53,953 nucleotides of DNA from a virus (taxonomy: Duplodnaviria; Caudoviricetes). Position 1 is the first letter of the stretch. Each line of letters begins with the position of its first letter. Below the pieces are notes generated by a model that saw only the letters and a program-made list of their open reading frames with translations, was not told where the DNA came from and searched no databases. The stretch covers positions 1 through 53,953 of the IMG/VR virus record IMGVR_UViG_3300019135_000051, one strand, 5' to 3'. The translations under genes and the position numbers were made by a program. Positions 18,264 through 27,809 of the stretch are shown piece by piece.

Positions 18264-18566
18264 ATGAGACTTGATGAGTTGGAACTCCGAATAGAAGACC
18301 ATGCATACGAGCGATATTGCCAACGAGTTGAGTCGATCACCAAGCAAGCACTGATCGACTTAGTTACTGAGCAACTTATGGGTGAGTTTTATCGTCGACG
18401 AGACTATATACAGATGAACGATGTGTGGTGGAGATACAGCGCTACTGACGGTGTGCTGAGGCTGTACACCTGTTATGGAAAACACCAACTGGATCTGCCA
18501 GCTGCAATCCAGTGGGCCAAACAACACAAGGATCGGATCGTTCTTGGACAAGTATATGGCGATTAA
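18264..18566 (+). CDS. Hypothetical protein (HAYERYCQR motif)
   Basis: RBS GAGAGGAG; overlaps the HNH start. Confidence 0.7.
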   Translation: MRLDELELRIEDHAYERYCQRVESITKQALIDLVTEQLMGEFYRRRDYIQMNDVWWRYSATDGVLRLYTCYGKHQLDLPAAIQWAKQHKDRIVLGQVYGD

Positions 18567-18954
18567 ACCCAAGCGTCCATGCGCTGTGCCTGGCTGCTGT
18601 AACCTTGCATCGGCACGATATTGTTCCGACCATTCACACATCGCAGAGAAGCAGAAGCGAGAACGCCATAAGCGGTACGATCTATATCAGCGAGACAGTA
18701 AGACAAGAGACTTCTACCACAGTGTAGAGTGGGGAAGGCTGCGGCAGCAGAGGCTGATGATTGATCATGGACTATGTCAGGACTGTCTTGGCGAGCAACG
18801 GGTCACTCCTGCAGATGTGGTGGACCACATCAAGCCGATTCGCTTGTACTGGGAGTTACGGTTGAGTTTGGACAACACGCGGTCATTGTGCCATCCACAC
18901 CACAACCGCAAGACGGCGGAGGACAAGCGACGATATGGAGGGAGAGGACCATGA
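18556..18954 (+). CDS. Packaging-associated HNH endonuclease
   Basis: CAVPGC, LCQDC, VVDHIKP, LCHPHHNRKT. Confidence 0.92.
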   Translation: MAIKPKRPCAVPGCCNLASARYCSDHSHIAEKQKRERHKRYDLYQRDSKTRDFYHSVEWGRLRQQRLMIDHGLCQDCLGEQRVTPADVVDHIKPIRLYWELRLSLDNTRSLCHPHHNRKTAEDKRRYGGRGP

Positions 18955-19151
18955 GGATCCTATTATTACCAACAGCCACTATCTTTTTGCTGGTGTTGTG
19001 GTACACAAGATTGTCACCAGAAGAGTGGCAGCACATAACCGGCAAAGACAGCTTTGTTTTCTGGTTTGGTCTCCCGAGCCTCCTGGTGTTCTTTGTAGCG
19101 GCACCTATACTTGTCTGGTTAGACGATCGACGAACGAAGAGCAGGTGGTAG
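18951..19151 (+). CDS. Small two-TM membrane protein
   Basis: Two hydrophobic segments; ATGA overlap with the HNH stop. Confidence 0.6.
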   Translation: MRILLLPTATIFLLVLWYTRLSPEEWQHITGKDSFVFWFGLPSLLVFFVAAPILVWLDDRRTKSRW

Positions 19152-19240
19152 GGGGAGGGTCAAAAATTTTTTAGCGGGTTGCGGGAGACCGCGCCCCCAC
19201 CTTCGCGCGAATTTTTTTCCCAAAATGAGATTTTTTTAGG
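19152..19240 (+). other. Probable cos region
   Basis: G-rich run, GC-rich core and T-tracts upstream of TerS, the usual position in HNH/3'-cos phages; exact cut site not determined. Confidence 0.5.
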
Positions 19241-19250
19241 AGGTGATGAC

Positions 19251-19781
19251 ATGGCAGGACGACCCAGTAAGCCGGTCCAACTGATAAAGTTGGAGGGTAA
19301 AAGTCACCGGACGAAGGATGAACTGAAGCACCGTGAAAAGGCGGAGAAGTCTCTTTACACCGGGACGACTTTTAAGGAGTCGCCCGCCGTGAAGGCTGAT
19401 CCGATTGCTCACCGTGAGTTCAACCGGTTGAAAAAACTCTACAAGCAGATCCAGTATGTCGACGGGCTGGATGAACAGATCATTAACCGGTATTGCATGC
19501 TGATCAGCCAGGAACATGCACTGGCGAAGATGATGGAGCGGATGCGGCAGGACATCGACGAAGTTGAAGAAGTGGATGACCGATTGCGGATATACGAGTC
19601 GATCGCTGGCGTCACTGACAAGGTCATGAAAACCAGAGACATGCTGCTCAAGCTGGAGGACCGACTGTTCCTCAACCCTACGGCGCGGATCAAATCGATC
19701 CCGAAAACACCGCCGGGGGAAAAGAAAGAGTCAGCGATGGCTCAATTTATAAGCAGAAGAGCTGGTGGCCATGCCCCATGA
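19251..19781 (+). CDS. Terminase small subunit (P27-like)
   Basis: MAGRPSKP...LFLNPTARIK. Confidence 0.88.
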   Translation: MAGRPSKPVQLIKLEGKSHRTKDELKHREKAEKSLYTGTTFKESPAVKADPIAHREFNRLKKLYKQIQYVDGLDEQIINRYCMLISQEHALAKMMERMRQDIDEVEEVDDRLRIYESIAGVTDKVMKTRDMLLKLEDRLFLNPTARIKSIPKTPPGEKKESAMAQFISRRAGGHAP

Positions 19782-21339
19782 TAAACAGCGAGCGCTAGAA
19801 CCAATTGAGTTTATCCAGATGCTCCACGCCGTCGATGATTTTTACGGTCAGCCGTTTCAACTGCTTGACTGGCAGTATCAAATTCTTTGGGATGTATACG
19901 GGACTGTCAAAGAGGACGGATACCGGCAGTACCGCTATGCGTATCTGGAGATCCCGAAGAAGAACGGAAAAACCTCACTGATCGCTGCGATCGCGCTCTA
20001 TCACATCGTCTGCGACGGGCCCGGCGGTCAGATATATTGTTGTGCGGCGGACCGGCAGCAGGCTGAGCTGGTATATCGGGCAGCTTGCGGCATGATCGAA
20101 CAGGAGCCGGAGCTTGATGTGATCCTCAAGGTCACCGAAAGTAAAAAAGAGATCAAAAACAAGCTGACCGGTACGACGCTCAAGGTTTTGTCCGCAGAAG
20201 CCTATACGAAGCACGGGATCAACCCTACCGTGGTCATCTTCGATGAGCTGCACGCTCAACCGAACCGTGATCTGTGGGATGTCATGACGTTTGGGGCGGG
20301 GGCCGCCCGGAAAGAACCGATCTGGTGGGTTATCACCACCGCCGGAGATGACCCTGACCGGAAGTCAATCGGCTGGGAGGTCCATGACAAGGCGCGTAAA
20401 ATTACCTCAGGTGAACTGGATGACCCATACTGGTACGCCAAAATATATTCGGCTCCAGAGGACGCGGATATTTTTGACGAGGAAACCTGGTACAAGGCAA
20501 ATCCGAGTCTTGGCCACACCATCAGCATAGAAAGCGTTCGCCAAGAGGCGCTGGCCGCTCGTAACAGTGAAGCGGCAGAGCGCCTTTTTCGTTGGCTCCG
20601 CCTGAACCAGTGGGTATCACTGAAGCGGGTTGGTTGGCTACCGCTTACGCTCTGGGACCAGACGACCGGAAAATGGTCACTGTCGGAGCTGGTCGGGAAA
20701 CGTTGCTATGTTGGTCTGGACCTGTCGAGTACCACGGACATCACTGCTGCCGTCTATTTGTTCCCGCCGCAGGATGGCATCCCGGATTGGCGGTTCATCC
20801 ATGACGCCTGGATACCGGAAGACAACATGCGGGAGCGGGTTGCCCGCGACCATGTACCTTATGATCGCTGGGTAAATCAAAAGTACCTCCATGCCACCCC
20901 CGGCAATGTAGTCGACTACGACTTTGTGGAGGCCCGGATCGTCGCGGCGAGCAAACAGTACAACCTGCATACAGCTGGCGCCGACCCGTGGAACAGCCGA
21001 ATGTTGACGCAACGACTTATGAGGCAGGGCATCGACGTCGTGGAGATCCCGCAGAATATGGCAAACATGAGCCCGGCCATGAAGCTGGTAGAACAGCTCA
21101 TGAAGCGCGGGATGATGACCCACGAGGAAAACCCCGTGGCCAGATGGTGTTGGGGTAATGTCGTGGTAGCCGTCGACGGGAACGAGAACATCAAGCCCAT
21201 GAAAAATAAGTCTGCGGACCGTATCGACCTGACGGTCGCGCTGATCGACGCGATGGCGACAGCCATGTTGTTTGAGGAGATCAGCCTGGATGTGTCCGAG
21301 TTTGCGGATGAAGTGTTTCTCAACAAACTGTGGGGTTAA
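19771..21339 (+). CDS. Terminase large subunit
   Basis: IPKKNGKT, IFDELH, ITTAG, GLDLSSTTD, RIDLTVAL. Confidence 0.96.
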   Translation: MPHDKQRALEPIEFIQMLHAVDDFYGQPFQLLDWQYQILWDVYGTVKEDGYRQYRYAYLEIPKKNGKTSLIAAIALYHIVCDGPGGQIYCCAADRQQAELVYRAACGMIEQEPELDVILKVTESKKEIKNKLTGTTLKVLSAEAYTKHGINPTVVIFDELHAQPNRDLWDVMTFGAGAARKEPIWWVITTAGDDPDRKSIGWEVHDKARKITSGELDDPYWYAKIYSAPEDADIFDEETWYKANPSLGHTISIESVRQEALAARNSEAAERLFRWLRLNQWVSLKRVGWLPLTLWDQTTGKWSLSELVGKRCYVGLDLSSTTDITAAVYLFPPQDGIPDWRFIHDAWIPEDNMRERVARDHVPYDRWVNQKYLHATPGNVVDYDFVEARIVAASKQYNLHTAGADPWNSRMLTQRLMRQGIDVVEIPQNMANMSPAMKLVEQLMKRGMMTHEENPVARWCWGNVVVAVDGNENIKPMKNKSADRIDLTVALIDAMATAMLFEEISLDVSEFADEVFLNKLWG

Positions 21340-21381
21340 ATTCCCAATCGCTTGCGAATTTGAAGGGAGGGAGGTGCAGAT

Positions 21382-22704
21382 GTGAAGATCATAGATTATG
21401 CACGGCGCTGGCTTGGGATGGAAAAGCGAGAAACATTGCAACTGAACGTAGACGACCGCCGGTTGCTTGAGGTGTTGGGTATTGAACCTGGTGATGTCAA
21501 CGTGCGTGGGAAAAATGCCCTCAAAGTAGATACGGTTTTTGCCTGTGTCCGGATCCGATCAGAATCGGTGGCAAAGTTGCCTGTGAAGGTATTCCAGGAG
21601 GATGAGTCTGGGGTTCAAAAACATACGCGGCACCCTGTATATCAGCTGCTCCGATTGCGCCCCAATCCGTACATGAGCGCTTTTGACTTTTGGAAGTGCA
21701 TCGAGGCGCAAAACAGTATGCACGGCAACGCTTACGTTTCCATGGAATTTGATCATCGCGGCCGAATCGTCGGGTTGTGGCCGATGGACGCCAGCCGGGT
21801 AAAGATCATCGTGGATAACGACACCGGCGCAAGCGGCGTTCTCACCAGTCGATCGAAGCTCTGGTATGAGGTGAATCTTGGCTATGAACAGCGAAAGCTT
21901 TCGCCGGATGAGGTTCTGCACTTCAAAGGCGGCGTGACCCTGGACGGTATTGTCGGGCTATCTCCACTGGATTGTTTGCGGGCCACAGTTGAAAATGCGG
22001 CGTCGGCGAACAAGTTCGTCAACAACTTCTACAAACAGGGGCTACAGGTAAAAGGGATCGTCCAGTATGTTGGCGACCTGGATGAGAAGGCCAAGAGGAA
22101 CTTCCGTGATAAATTTGAAGCCATGTCATCGGGGTTGAACAACAGCCACCGGGTCGCGCTGATGCCCATTGGTTATCAGTTCGTGCCAATCGCGCTGAAT
22201 ATGCACGACGCGCAATTCCTGGAGAACAACCAGTTGACGATCCGTCAAATTGCTTCGGCCTTTGGGATCAAGATGCATCAGCTTAATGACTTGACCAGGG
22301 CGACGCATACAAACGTAGCTGAGCAACAGAAGGAATTTTACACGGACACGCTGCAGCCGATCCTGACGATGTACGAACAAGAGCTGACATACAAGCTGTT
22401 GCTGGATGAGGAGATCCAGGACGGGTACTTTTTCCGTTTTAACGTCGACGCGATCCTGCGGAGCGATATCAAAACCAGGTATGAAGCGTATCGCATCGGC
22501 GTGCAGGGTGGGTTTCTCGCACCCAATGAGGCCCGGGCGAAGGAGGAACTCCCGCCAATGGAAGGCGGCGACCAACTGCTGGTGAACGGCAGTGTTGTAC
22601 CGATCACCATGGCGGGAAGCGCCTATAAAGCGAAAGGGGGTGATGGAGCTGGACAAGGAGAAAAAGACGACCCAGACGAAGGAGATCCGGGCGTTACCGG
22701 TTAA
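21382..22704 (+). CDS. HK97-family portal protein
   Basis: VFACV...VAKLP, LRPNPYMS, GIVGLSP, PNEAR. Confidence 0.95.
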   Translation: MKIIDYARRWLGMEKRETLQLNVDDRRLLEVLGIEPGDVNVRGKNALKVDTVFACVRIRSESVAKLPVKVFQEDESGVQKHTRHPVYQLLRLRPNPYMSAFDFWKCIEAQNSMHGNAYVSMEFDHRGRIVGLWPMDASRVKIIVDNDTGASGVLTSRSKLWYEVNLGYEQRKLSPDEVLHFKGGVTLDGIVGLSPLDCLRATVENAASANKFVNNFYKQGLQVKGIVQYVGDLDEKAKRNFRDKFEAMSSGLNNSHRVALMPIGYQFVPIALNMHDAQFLENNQLTIRQIASAFGIKMHQLNDLTRATHTNVAEQQKEFYTDTLQPILTMYEQELTYKLLLDEEIQDGYFFRFNVDAILRSDIKTRYEAYRIGVQGGFLAPNEARAKEELPPMEGGDQLLVNGSVVPITMAGSAYKAKGGDGAGQGEKDDPDEGDPGVTG

Positions 22705-23275
22705 GCTTGAGGTTCGAGCCTCTGAAGGTGACGACGGCAAACGGACCATCACCGGGGCGATCAAGTACAACACAGACAGTGCAGAGATGCGCGACTGGTG
22801 GGGAGACACGTTTGTTGAGTCAATCGACAAGGAAGCCTTCAAGGATAGCATCGCTTCGCGTAACGTCGTTGGTCTGTGGAGCCACGACACATCTCAGGTC
22901 CTTGGAAACACGAAGTCAGGGACACTGCGCCTGACCAACACGGATACAGAGCTTCGCTTCGAACTCGATATCCCGAACACCACTGTCGGCAATGATGCGT
23001 GGGAGTTGATCCAGCGCGGTGATGTGGATGGCGTATCGTTCGGCATGCGCGTGACAAAAGACAAGTGGACAAGCGAGAAGCAAGGAGACAAGCGAATTTA
23101 CAAGCGCTTGATCCTTAACGCTGAACTGTATGAAATCAGCCCGGTTGCGTTTCCGGCTTATCCGGCCAATGAAGTCGCTGCAAGGTCTCTGGAAGAATTC
23201 AAAACGTCTGAAAAGCGGGCGGCCGATCAATACGAAAAAGAAAAAATGCTGATGGAGCTCGACCTTTTTGGTTGA
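22643..23275 (+). CDS. HK97-family prohead protease
   Basis: LWSHD, GDVDGVSFG, EISPVAFPAY. Confidence 0.94.
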   Translation: MELDKEKKTTQTKEIRALPVKLEVRASEGDDGKRTITGAIKYNTDSAEMRDWWGDTFVESIDKEAFKDSIASRNVVGLWSHDTSQVLGNTKSGTLRLTNTDTELRFELDIPNTTVGNDAWELIQRGDVDGVSFGMRVTKDKWTSEKQGDKRIYKRLILNAELYEISPVAFPAYPANEVAARSLEEFKTSEKRAADQYEKEKMLMELDLFG

Positions 23276-23311
23276 GCTTTTGTTTTGCCAATTATCCCTT
23301 GAGGTGATCAC

Positions 23312-24505
23312 ATGACAAAGGAATTGCGTGCGCTGCTCCAACAACTGGAGAACGCGAAACAGGAAGTACGATCTCTGCTGGCGGAAGATAAAACCACTGA
23401 GGCGAAAGAGAAAATGGATGAGGTTCGTACTCTGCAGACGAAGGTGGATCTACAACGAGAACTGGAAGAAACTGAGGCTCGCGGTCTTGGAGGAAAAGAG
23501 CTGAACGACAATGGTAATGTGGAAGAGCGGGACATGCAGGAGTTGGAGAAAGAATATACCGGCATTGTCCTGCGTGGTCTTCGCCGCCAACAAATCACTT
23601 CGGAAATGCGCAGCATCATCAGCGAGTATGAGCGCCGTGCCGTGATGAACGAAGGTAGCACGAATCCGGCCATTGCTGATGGCGATGTGGGGATTGTCGT
23701 ACCAAAAGACGTTCAAACACAGATCAATCAGCTGATGCGCGAGTGGAATGACCTCAGTCAATACGTGACGGTTGAGAATGTAACGGCTCTCTCGGGTTCA
23801 CGCGTGCTGGAAACAGACGCTGACATGACTCCGTTCGCGGACGTGGATGAGTATGGGATTATCCAACTGACGGACAACCCGAAATTCACCCCAATCAGTT
23901 ACAAACTCAAGAAGCGGGCAGGTTATTTGCCACTGACCAACGAGCTGCTTGCCGATAATGACGCCAATCTTTTGGCGTATGTCACCAATTGGATCGCTCG
24001 GAAAGCAGCTCATACTCGGAACGTCCACATTCTTTCTAAGCTGCAAACGTTGACTCCGCAAGTGCTTCCGGATCTCAAAGCGATCAACTCGGTGCTCAAC
24101 GTGGAACTTGACCCGGCCATCAGCCGTTCCGCAGTGTTGCTGACCAACCAGGACGGATTCAACTGGCTGGATAACCAAGTGGATGGCATGGGCAGGCCGA
24201 TCCTGATGAATGATATCACACAGCCTGGCCGCAAGCTGTTCAAAGGTCGCCCGATCGCGGTGGTGAGCAACCGGAATCTGCCGAATGATACGGTGACAGG
24301 GAATGCTCCTTTGTTCATCGGTAATCTGAAACAGTTCATGGTGCTGTTCAACCGCCGATTCTTTGAGTTGGCATCCACCCGGGAGGGCGGCGATGCATGG
24401 CGCCGCGATACCACCGAGCTGCGGACCATCATCCGCGACGATTACGTACAGTGGGATGCTGCGGCCGCGGTCTACGGCCAACTGGATATCACGCCAACAC
24501 CTTAA
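23312..24505 (+). CDS. Major capsid protein (HK97 fold, delta domain)
   Basis: Coiled-coil N-terminus, GIVVPKDVQTQI, ELLADND, TNQDGFNWL. Confidence 0.94.
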   Translation: MTKELRALLQQLENAKQEVRSLLAEDKTTEAKEKMDEVRTLQTKVDLQRELEETEARGLGGKELNDNGNVEERDMQELEKEYTGIVLRGLRRQQITSEMRSIISEYERRAVMNEGSTNPAIADGDVGIVVPKDVQTQINQLMREWNDLSQYVTVENVTALSGSRVLETDADMTPFADVDEYGIIQLTDNPKFTPISYKLKKRAGYLPLTNELLADNDANLLAYVTNWIARKAAHTRNVHILSKLQTLTPQVLPDLKAINSVLNVELDPAISRSAVLLTNQDGFNWLDNQVDGMGRPILMNDITQPGRKLFKGRPIAVVSNRNLPNDTVTGNAPLFIGNLKQFMVLFNRRFFELASTREGGDAWRRDTTELRTIIRDDYVQWDAAAAVYGQLDITPTP

Positions 24506-24563
24506 TGATCCGCAAAAACGGGGGCCGGGAAGACCGGCCCTCGATATTTTGGAGGTGAAATGA

Positions 24564-24920
24564 ATGGCTAAGGTGATCAAAGCCTTCCGTGAGCGATATC
24601 ACGGCATGAAACTGTACCGCCCTGGCGAAGAATACCCGGATGATGACCAACAGCGGGTCCAATATCTGGTCTCCCAAGGATTTTTGGAAGCGTCCGAAAA
24701 AGTAGCTCCGCCCAAGCCACCGACTTTGGAAGAATTTTCGGAGCTTTCGGCTACTGAGCAAAAAAAATGGTTGGCCACTTTGGGGATCGAAGGGGACGAC
24801 AGCAACGCGGATAAGCGGGAGTCACTTTACCGGCAGTATCTCGGCGTCGATCCTTCCACAGCAGACGGTGGAGCGGTCAATGATGGGGTAGTGAATACGG
24901 ATGCCGATCCTGACGCTTGA
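24564..24920 (+). CDS. Hypothetical head-associated protein
   Basis: Directly after the capsid gene; RBS GGAGGTG. Confidence 0.7.
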   Translation: MAKVIKAFRERYHGMKLYRPGEEYPDDDQQRVQYLVSQGFLEASEKVAPPKPPTLEEFSELSATEQKKWLATLGIEGDDSNADKRESLYRQYLGVDPSTADGGAVNDGVVNTDADPDA

Positions 24921-25200
24921 AGAAACGAAGACTTGGCTGCGCGTGGACGGCACTGATGAGGACACGGTCATTCAAACTCTGATGGGTGCAGCGGAGACGT
25001 ATCTGCACAACTCCGTTGAGGTTGAGTTTGACGGCACCAACCAACTGGCTAAGCTCTTTTGCCTGGTTCTCTGCGCTGACTGGTACGAAAACCGCGATCT
25101 TATCGGGTCACAGCCGTCCGATAAGGTCCGATTTACCGTTCAGTCCATGCTTGCGCAACTACAGCATGCTTACGCGCCGTCATCGGAGGAGATATCGTGA
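24901..25200 (+). CDS. Head-tail connector (gp6-like)
   Basis: LTLEETKTWLRVD..ED..I...ADWYENR. Confidence 0.9.
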   Translation: MPILTLEETKTWLRVDGTDEDTVIQTLMGAAETYLHNSVEVEFDGTNQLAKLFCLVLCADWYENRDLIGSQPSDKVRFTVQSMLAQLQHAYAPSSEEIS

Positions 25201-25520
25201 AATCACTGGTCAATCGGCTGAACAAGCGAGTCACGATCAAATCGCTTTCAACCACCACGGACGGGTACGGGCAACCACAGGACATCTGGTCTACGGTGGC
25301 GACGGTATGGGCGGCGGTTGAGACACTTTCGGGGTCGGAGTTCTTCGCCGCACGCAAACTACATGCCGAAGTGACTACCAAGCTAACCATACGTTACCGG
25401 ACCGGCATCGATCGAACTATGCGGGCCCTCGTCAATAGTAAGACCTTCGAGATCATGTATGTGATCAACGTCAACGAGGCAAACCGGGAATTGCAATTGT
25501 TCTGCAAGGAGCTGCAGTGA
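25197..25520 (+). CDS. Head closure / head-tail adaptor
   Basis: RLNKRVTI...VWAAVE..SGSEF...IRYR. Confidence 0.9.
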   Translation: MKSLVNRLNKRVTIKSLSTTTDGYGQPQDIWSTVATVWAAVETLSGSEFFAARKLHAEVTTKLTIRYRTGIDRTMRALVNSKTFEIMYVINVNEANRELQLFCKELQ

Positions 25521-25521
25521 C

Positions 25522-25983
25522 ATGCCAAAAGACGACTTCAGAATTGATGGACTTGATGCCCTCATAAGGGACATTGAAAAGCTTGGTCGCGTACCACAGA
25601 CCGCCGTGACGCAGGCAGCACGCGCAGGGGCGCGAATCGCCTACAAGGCGGCGAAGGCGAATGCTCCGGTAGACACAGGCGAGCTGCAGCAGGCCATCAT
25701 CATGAAAAAGGAACGGAAGAAAGTCGTCGGTAAGGCTGTTTTCGACGCTATGATTGATCCGGGTAAGAATGACATTTTCGTGAAGTATAGCAAGGAAGGG
25801 GACCGATCTTATTACCCTGCCTCTCAGGAATACGGATTTCTGACGGTAAGCGGACGATACGTGCCAGGATATCGATATTTGCGTCGGGCGATCGATGAGA
25901 ACAAGGAAAATATCGAACGCACGGTACTGGATCGGGCAGGAAAAGAGATCGATAAGGCCTTAAGCAAGAAGGGGCTGAGATAG
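25522..25983 (+). CDS. HK97 gp10-like morphogenesis protein
   Basis: APVDTGEL, EYG, YLRRA. Confidence 0.88.
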   Translation: MPKDDFRIDGLDALIRDIEKLGRVPQTAVTQAARAGARIAYKAAKANAPVDTGELQQAIIMKKERKKVVGKAVFDAMIDPGKNDIFVKYSKEGDRSYYPASQEYGFLTVSGRYVPGYRYLRRAIDENKENIERTVLDRAGKEIDKALSKKGLR

Positions 25984-26384
25984 TGCCACAAGATTTTGAA
26001 ATGGCGTTGACCGCAGAGTTGAAATCGATACCGACGTTATCCGATCGGGTGTACCCACTCGTCGCCCCGGATGCCGATGCCGGAGCTGGTACACCGTATC
26101 TGATTTATCTTTCCGATTACGGAATCCCCACTCGAACACACAGTGGCCGGTCTGGGGGGCGCACTGTGACGCTCGAATTGAACATCATGGCTGAGCGGTA
26201 TGAAACGCTGAAAAGTGTAGTGTCCTCCGTGGTCAACCAGGTATACTCGTTTGTCAATCGTAAGATCGGGTCAGATGGCCCTTTTGTGCAAGAAGTTTTT
26301 CTTGTCACGCAGCCGTTTGAGACTTACGAGGCCCAGCCAAAGCTTTACCGGAGTGTGTTGGAATTTGAAGTTTACTATATCTAA
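25983..26384 (+). CDS. Tail completion/terminator protein (DUF3168-like)
   Basis: RVYPLVAP...PYLIY; position before the tail tube gene. Confidence 0.78.
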   Translation: MPQDFEMALTAELKSIPTLSDRVYPLVAPDADAGAGTPYLIYLSDYGIPTRTHSGRSGGRTVTLELNIMAERYETLKSVVSSVVNQVYSFVNRKIGSDGPFVQEVFLVTQPFETYEAQPKLYRSVLEFEVYYI

Positions 26385-26395
26385 GAGGTGATAAT

Positions 26396-27091
26396 ATGCC
26401 CCAACGTTCTGTAGGTACACGAATTTTGGTCGGTACCACTTTCGTAGCGGAGCTGAATTCTATCGATGCGCCTCCTATGTCGGCGGAAACGATTGATACC
26501 ACAGCGCTTGACAGCGTGGGTGGTTATCGTACATTTACAACCGGATTCCGAGACGGCGGCGAAATCACCGTTTCCGGATTCTACAACAAGGCTGACGGAG
26601 GGCAGTCCGCGCTCCTCACCGCGTTTAACGATGGCGCTACAGTACCTATTAAGATTATGTTCCCAGGTGCGTTTGCGGCCGAGTGGCAATTTAACGGCGT
26701 AGTCACTGCCTACCAGGGCGGTAATGCATCCCTCGAGGACATGCTTGCGTTCGAGGCAACCATTAAGGTGAGCGGCAAGCCTACGTTACTCACCACTGAG
26801 TCGAGCAACCTGACCAACGTAACCACGACGGCAGGGACGATGACGTTCGCAGCGACTACCTACGAGTATCAGATTACAACAAGCGGCACCTCCTTCACTG
26901 TCACACCGACATTTGCATCCGGTACGGTCGATATGTACGTAGACGGCACGTTTAACACGTCCCTTACGACGGCAACGGCTTCGACGGCTGTAACCATCTC
27001 CAGCGGACAAACGAAACGAGTGTTGCTTGTAGCTCGCGGATCGAACACAAGTGCTGCGAAGATGTACGAGTTAGTAGTCACTAAACCTTAA
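26396..27091 (+). CDS. Major tail tube protein with C-terminal Thr-rich beta-sandwich
   Basis: ETIDTTALDS...GFRDGGEI...ATIKVSGKP. Confidence 0.88.
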   Translation: MPQRSVGTRILVGTTFVAELNSIDAPPMSAETIDTTALDSVGGYRTFTTGFRDGGEITVSGFYNKADGGQSALLTAFNDGATVPIKIMFPGAFAAEWQFNGVVTAYQGGNASLEDMLAFEATIKVSGKPTLLTTESSNLTNVTTTAGTMTFAATTYEYQITTSGTSFTVTPTFASGTVDMYVDGTFNTSLTTATASTAVTISSGQTKRVLLVARGSNTSAAKMYELVVTKP

Positions 27092-27144
27092 TTTTTTCGG
27101 GCCGGGTAAACACCGGCCCAATTCAATTATCAGGAGGCACTGAT

Positions 27145-27486
27145 ATGGCAGAGATCAACAACGACGTTGTATATATTCAACTAGACCGACCGCGTCAGCT
27201 TCGATTCGGGCATTCCGCGTTGAAGCGGCTAACCGCACTGACCGGCAAGTCTATGGAACAGATCGACAATGGGTTCGATTTGGAGGACCTGGAGAAAGTT
27301 CTCTATGCGGGCCTACTTTACGATGCGCGGCAGAACGGGGAGACGCTACTGCTCGAGCAGATGGAAGAATTGCTTGACCAGGCGCCTTCCTACCAGCATA
27401 TTTTGGACAAGATGAACGAGGCGTTCACGGCGGCGTTCGGCAAACAACCAGAGGGGAAGCAAGCGGGAAACGGTCCGGAGAAGTAA
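27145..27486 (+). CDS. Tail assembly chaperone (gpG-like)
   Basis: Between tail tube and tape measure genes; slippery site near its 3' end. Confidence 0.85.
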   Translation: MAEINNDVVYIQLDRPRQLRFGHSALKRLTALTGKSMEQIDNGFDLEDLEKVLYAGLLYDARQNGETLLLEQMEELLDQAPSYQHILDKMNEAFTAAFGKQPEGKQAGNGPEK

Positions 27487-27809
27487 AGCCGTTCGATTGG
27501 AATGAATCCAAACAGGCAGCGATTGCCATCGGCATATCACTCTCGGAATACGACGACATGACGCCACACGAGTTGAACATGTACATAGAGGCGTATTCAG
27601 ATCGACAGATTGCAGAGGGCAAGGAGCGCCTGACAATGGCTTATCTCACGGCGGCATGGTCACGGGCAAACAAACTGCCGAAATTGGAGCAGATCTTGAA
27701 AAAGATGGATAAGGCCAGCAAGCCTGATAAAGAGCAAACTCCAGAGGAAATGCTAGCCATGTTGAATGCTTGGGCTACACCTGTAAAGCCCGTAGAGGAG
27801 GTGGAGTAA
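27465..27809 (+). CDS. gpT-like extension made by -1 programmed frameshift at G GGA AAC (27465-27471)
   Basis: -1 frame is open from the heptamer (RSGEVKPFDWNE...MTPHEL) to the stop at 27809. Confidence 0.8.
   Translation, partial: GKRSGEVKPFDWNESKQAAIAIGISLSEYDDMTPHELNMYIEAYSDRQIAEGKERLTMAYLTAAWSRANKLPKLEQILKKMDKASKPDKEQTPEEMLAMLNAWATPVKPVEEVE

Noticed and set aside
20677-24580. Long antisense ORFs (254, 254 and 260 aa) over the terminase, portal and capsid genes
   Set aside because: Shadow frames of well-supported plus-strand genes, with no recognisable motifs.
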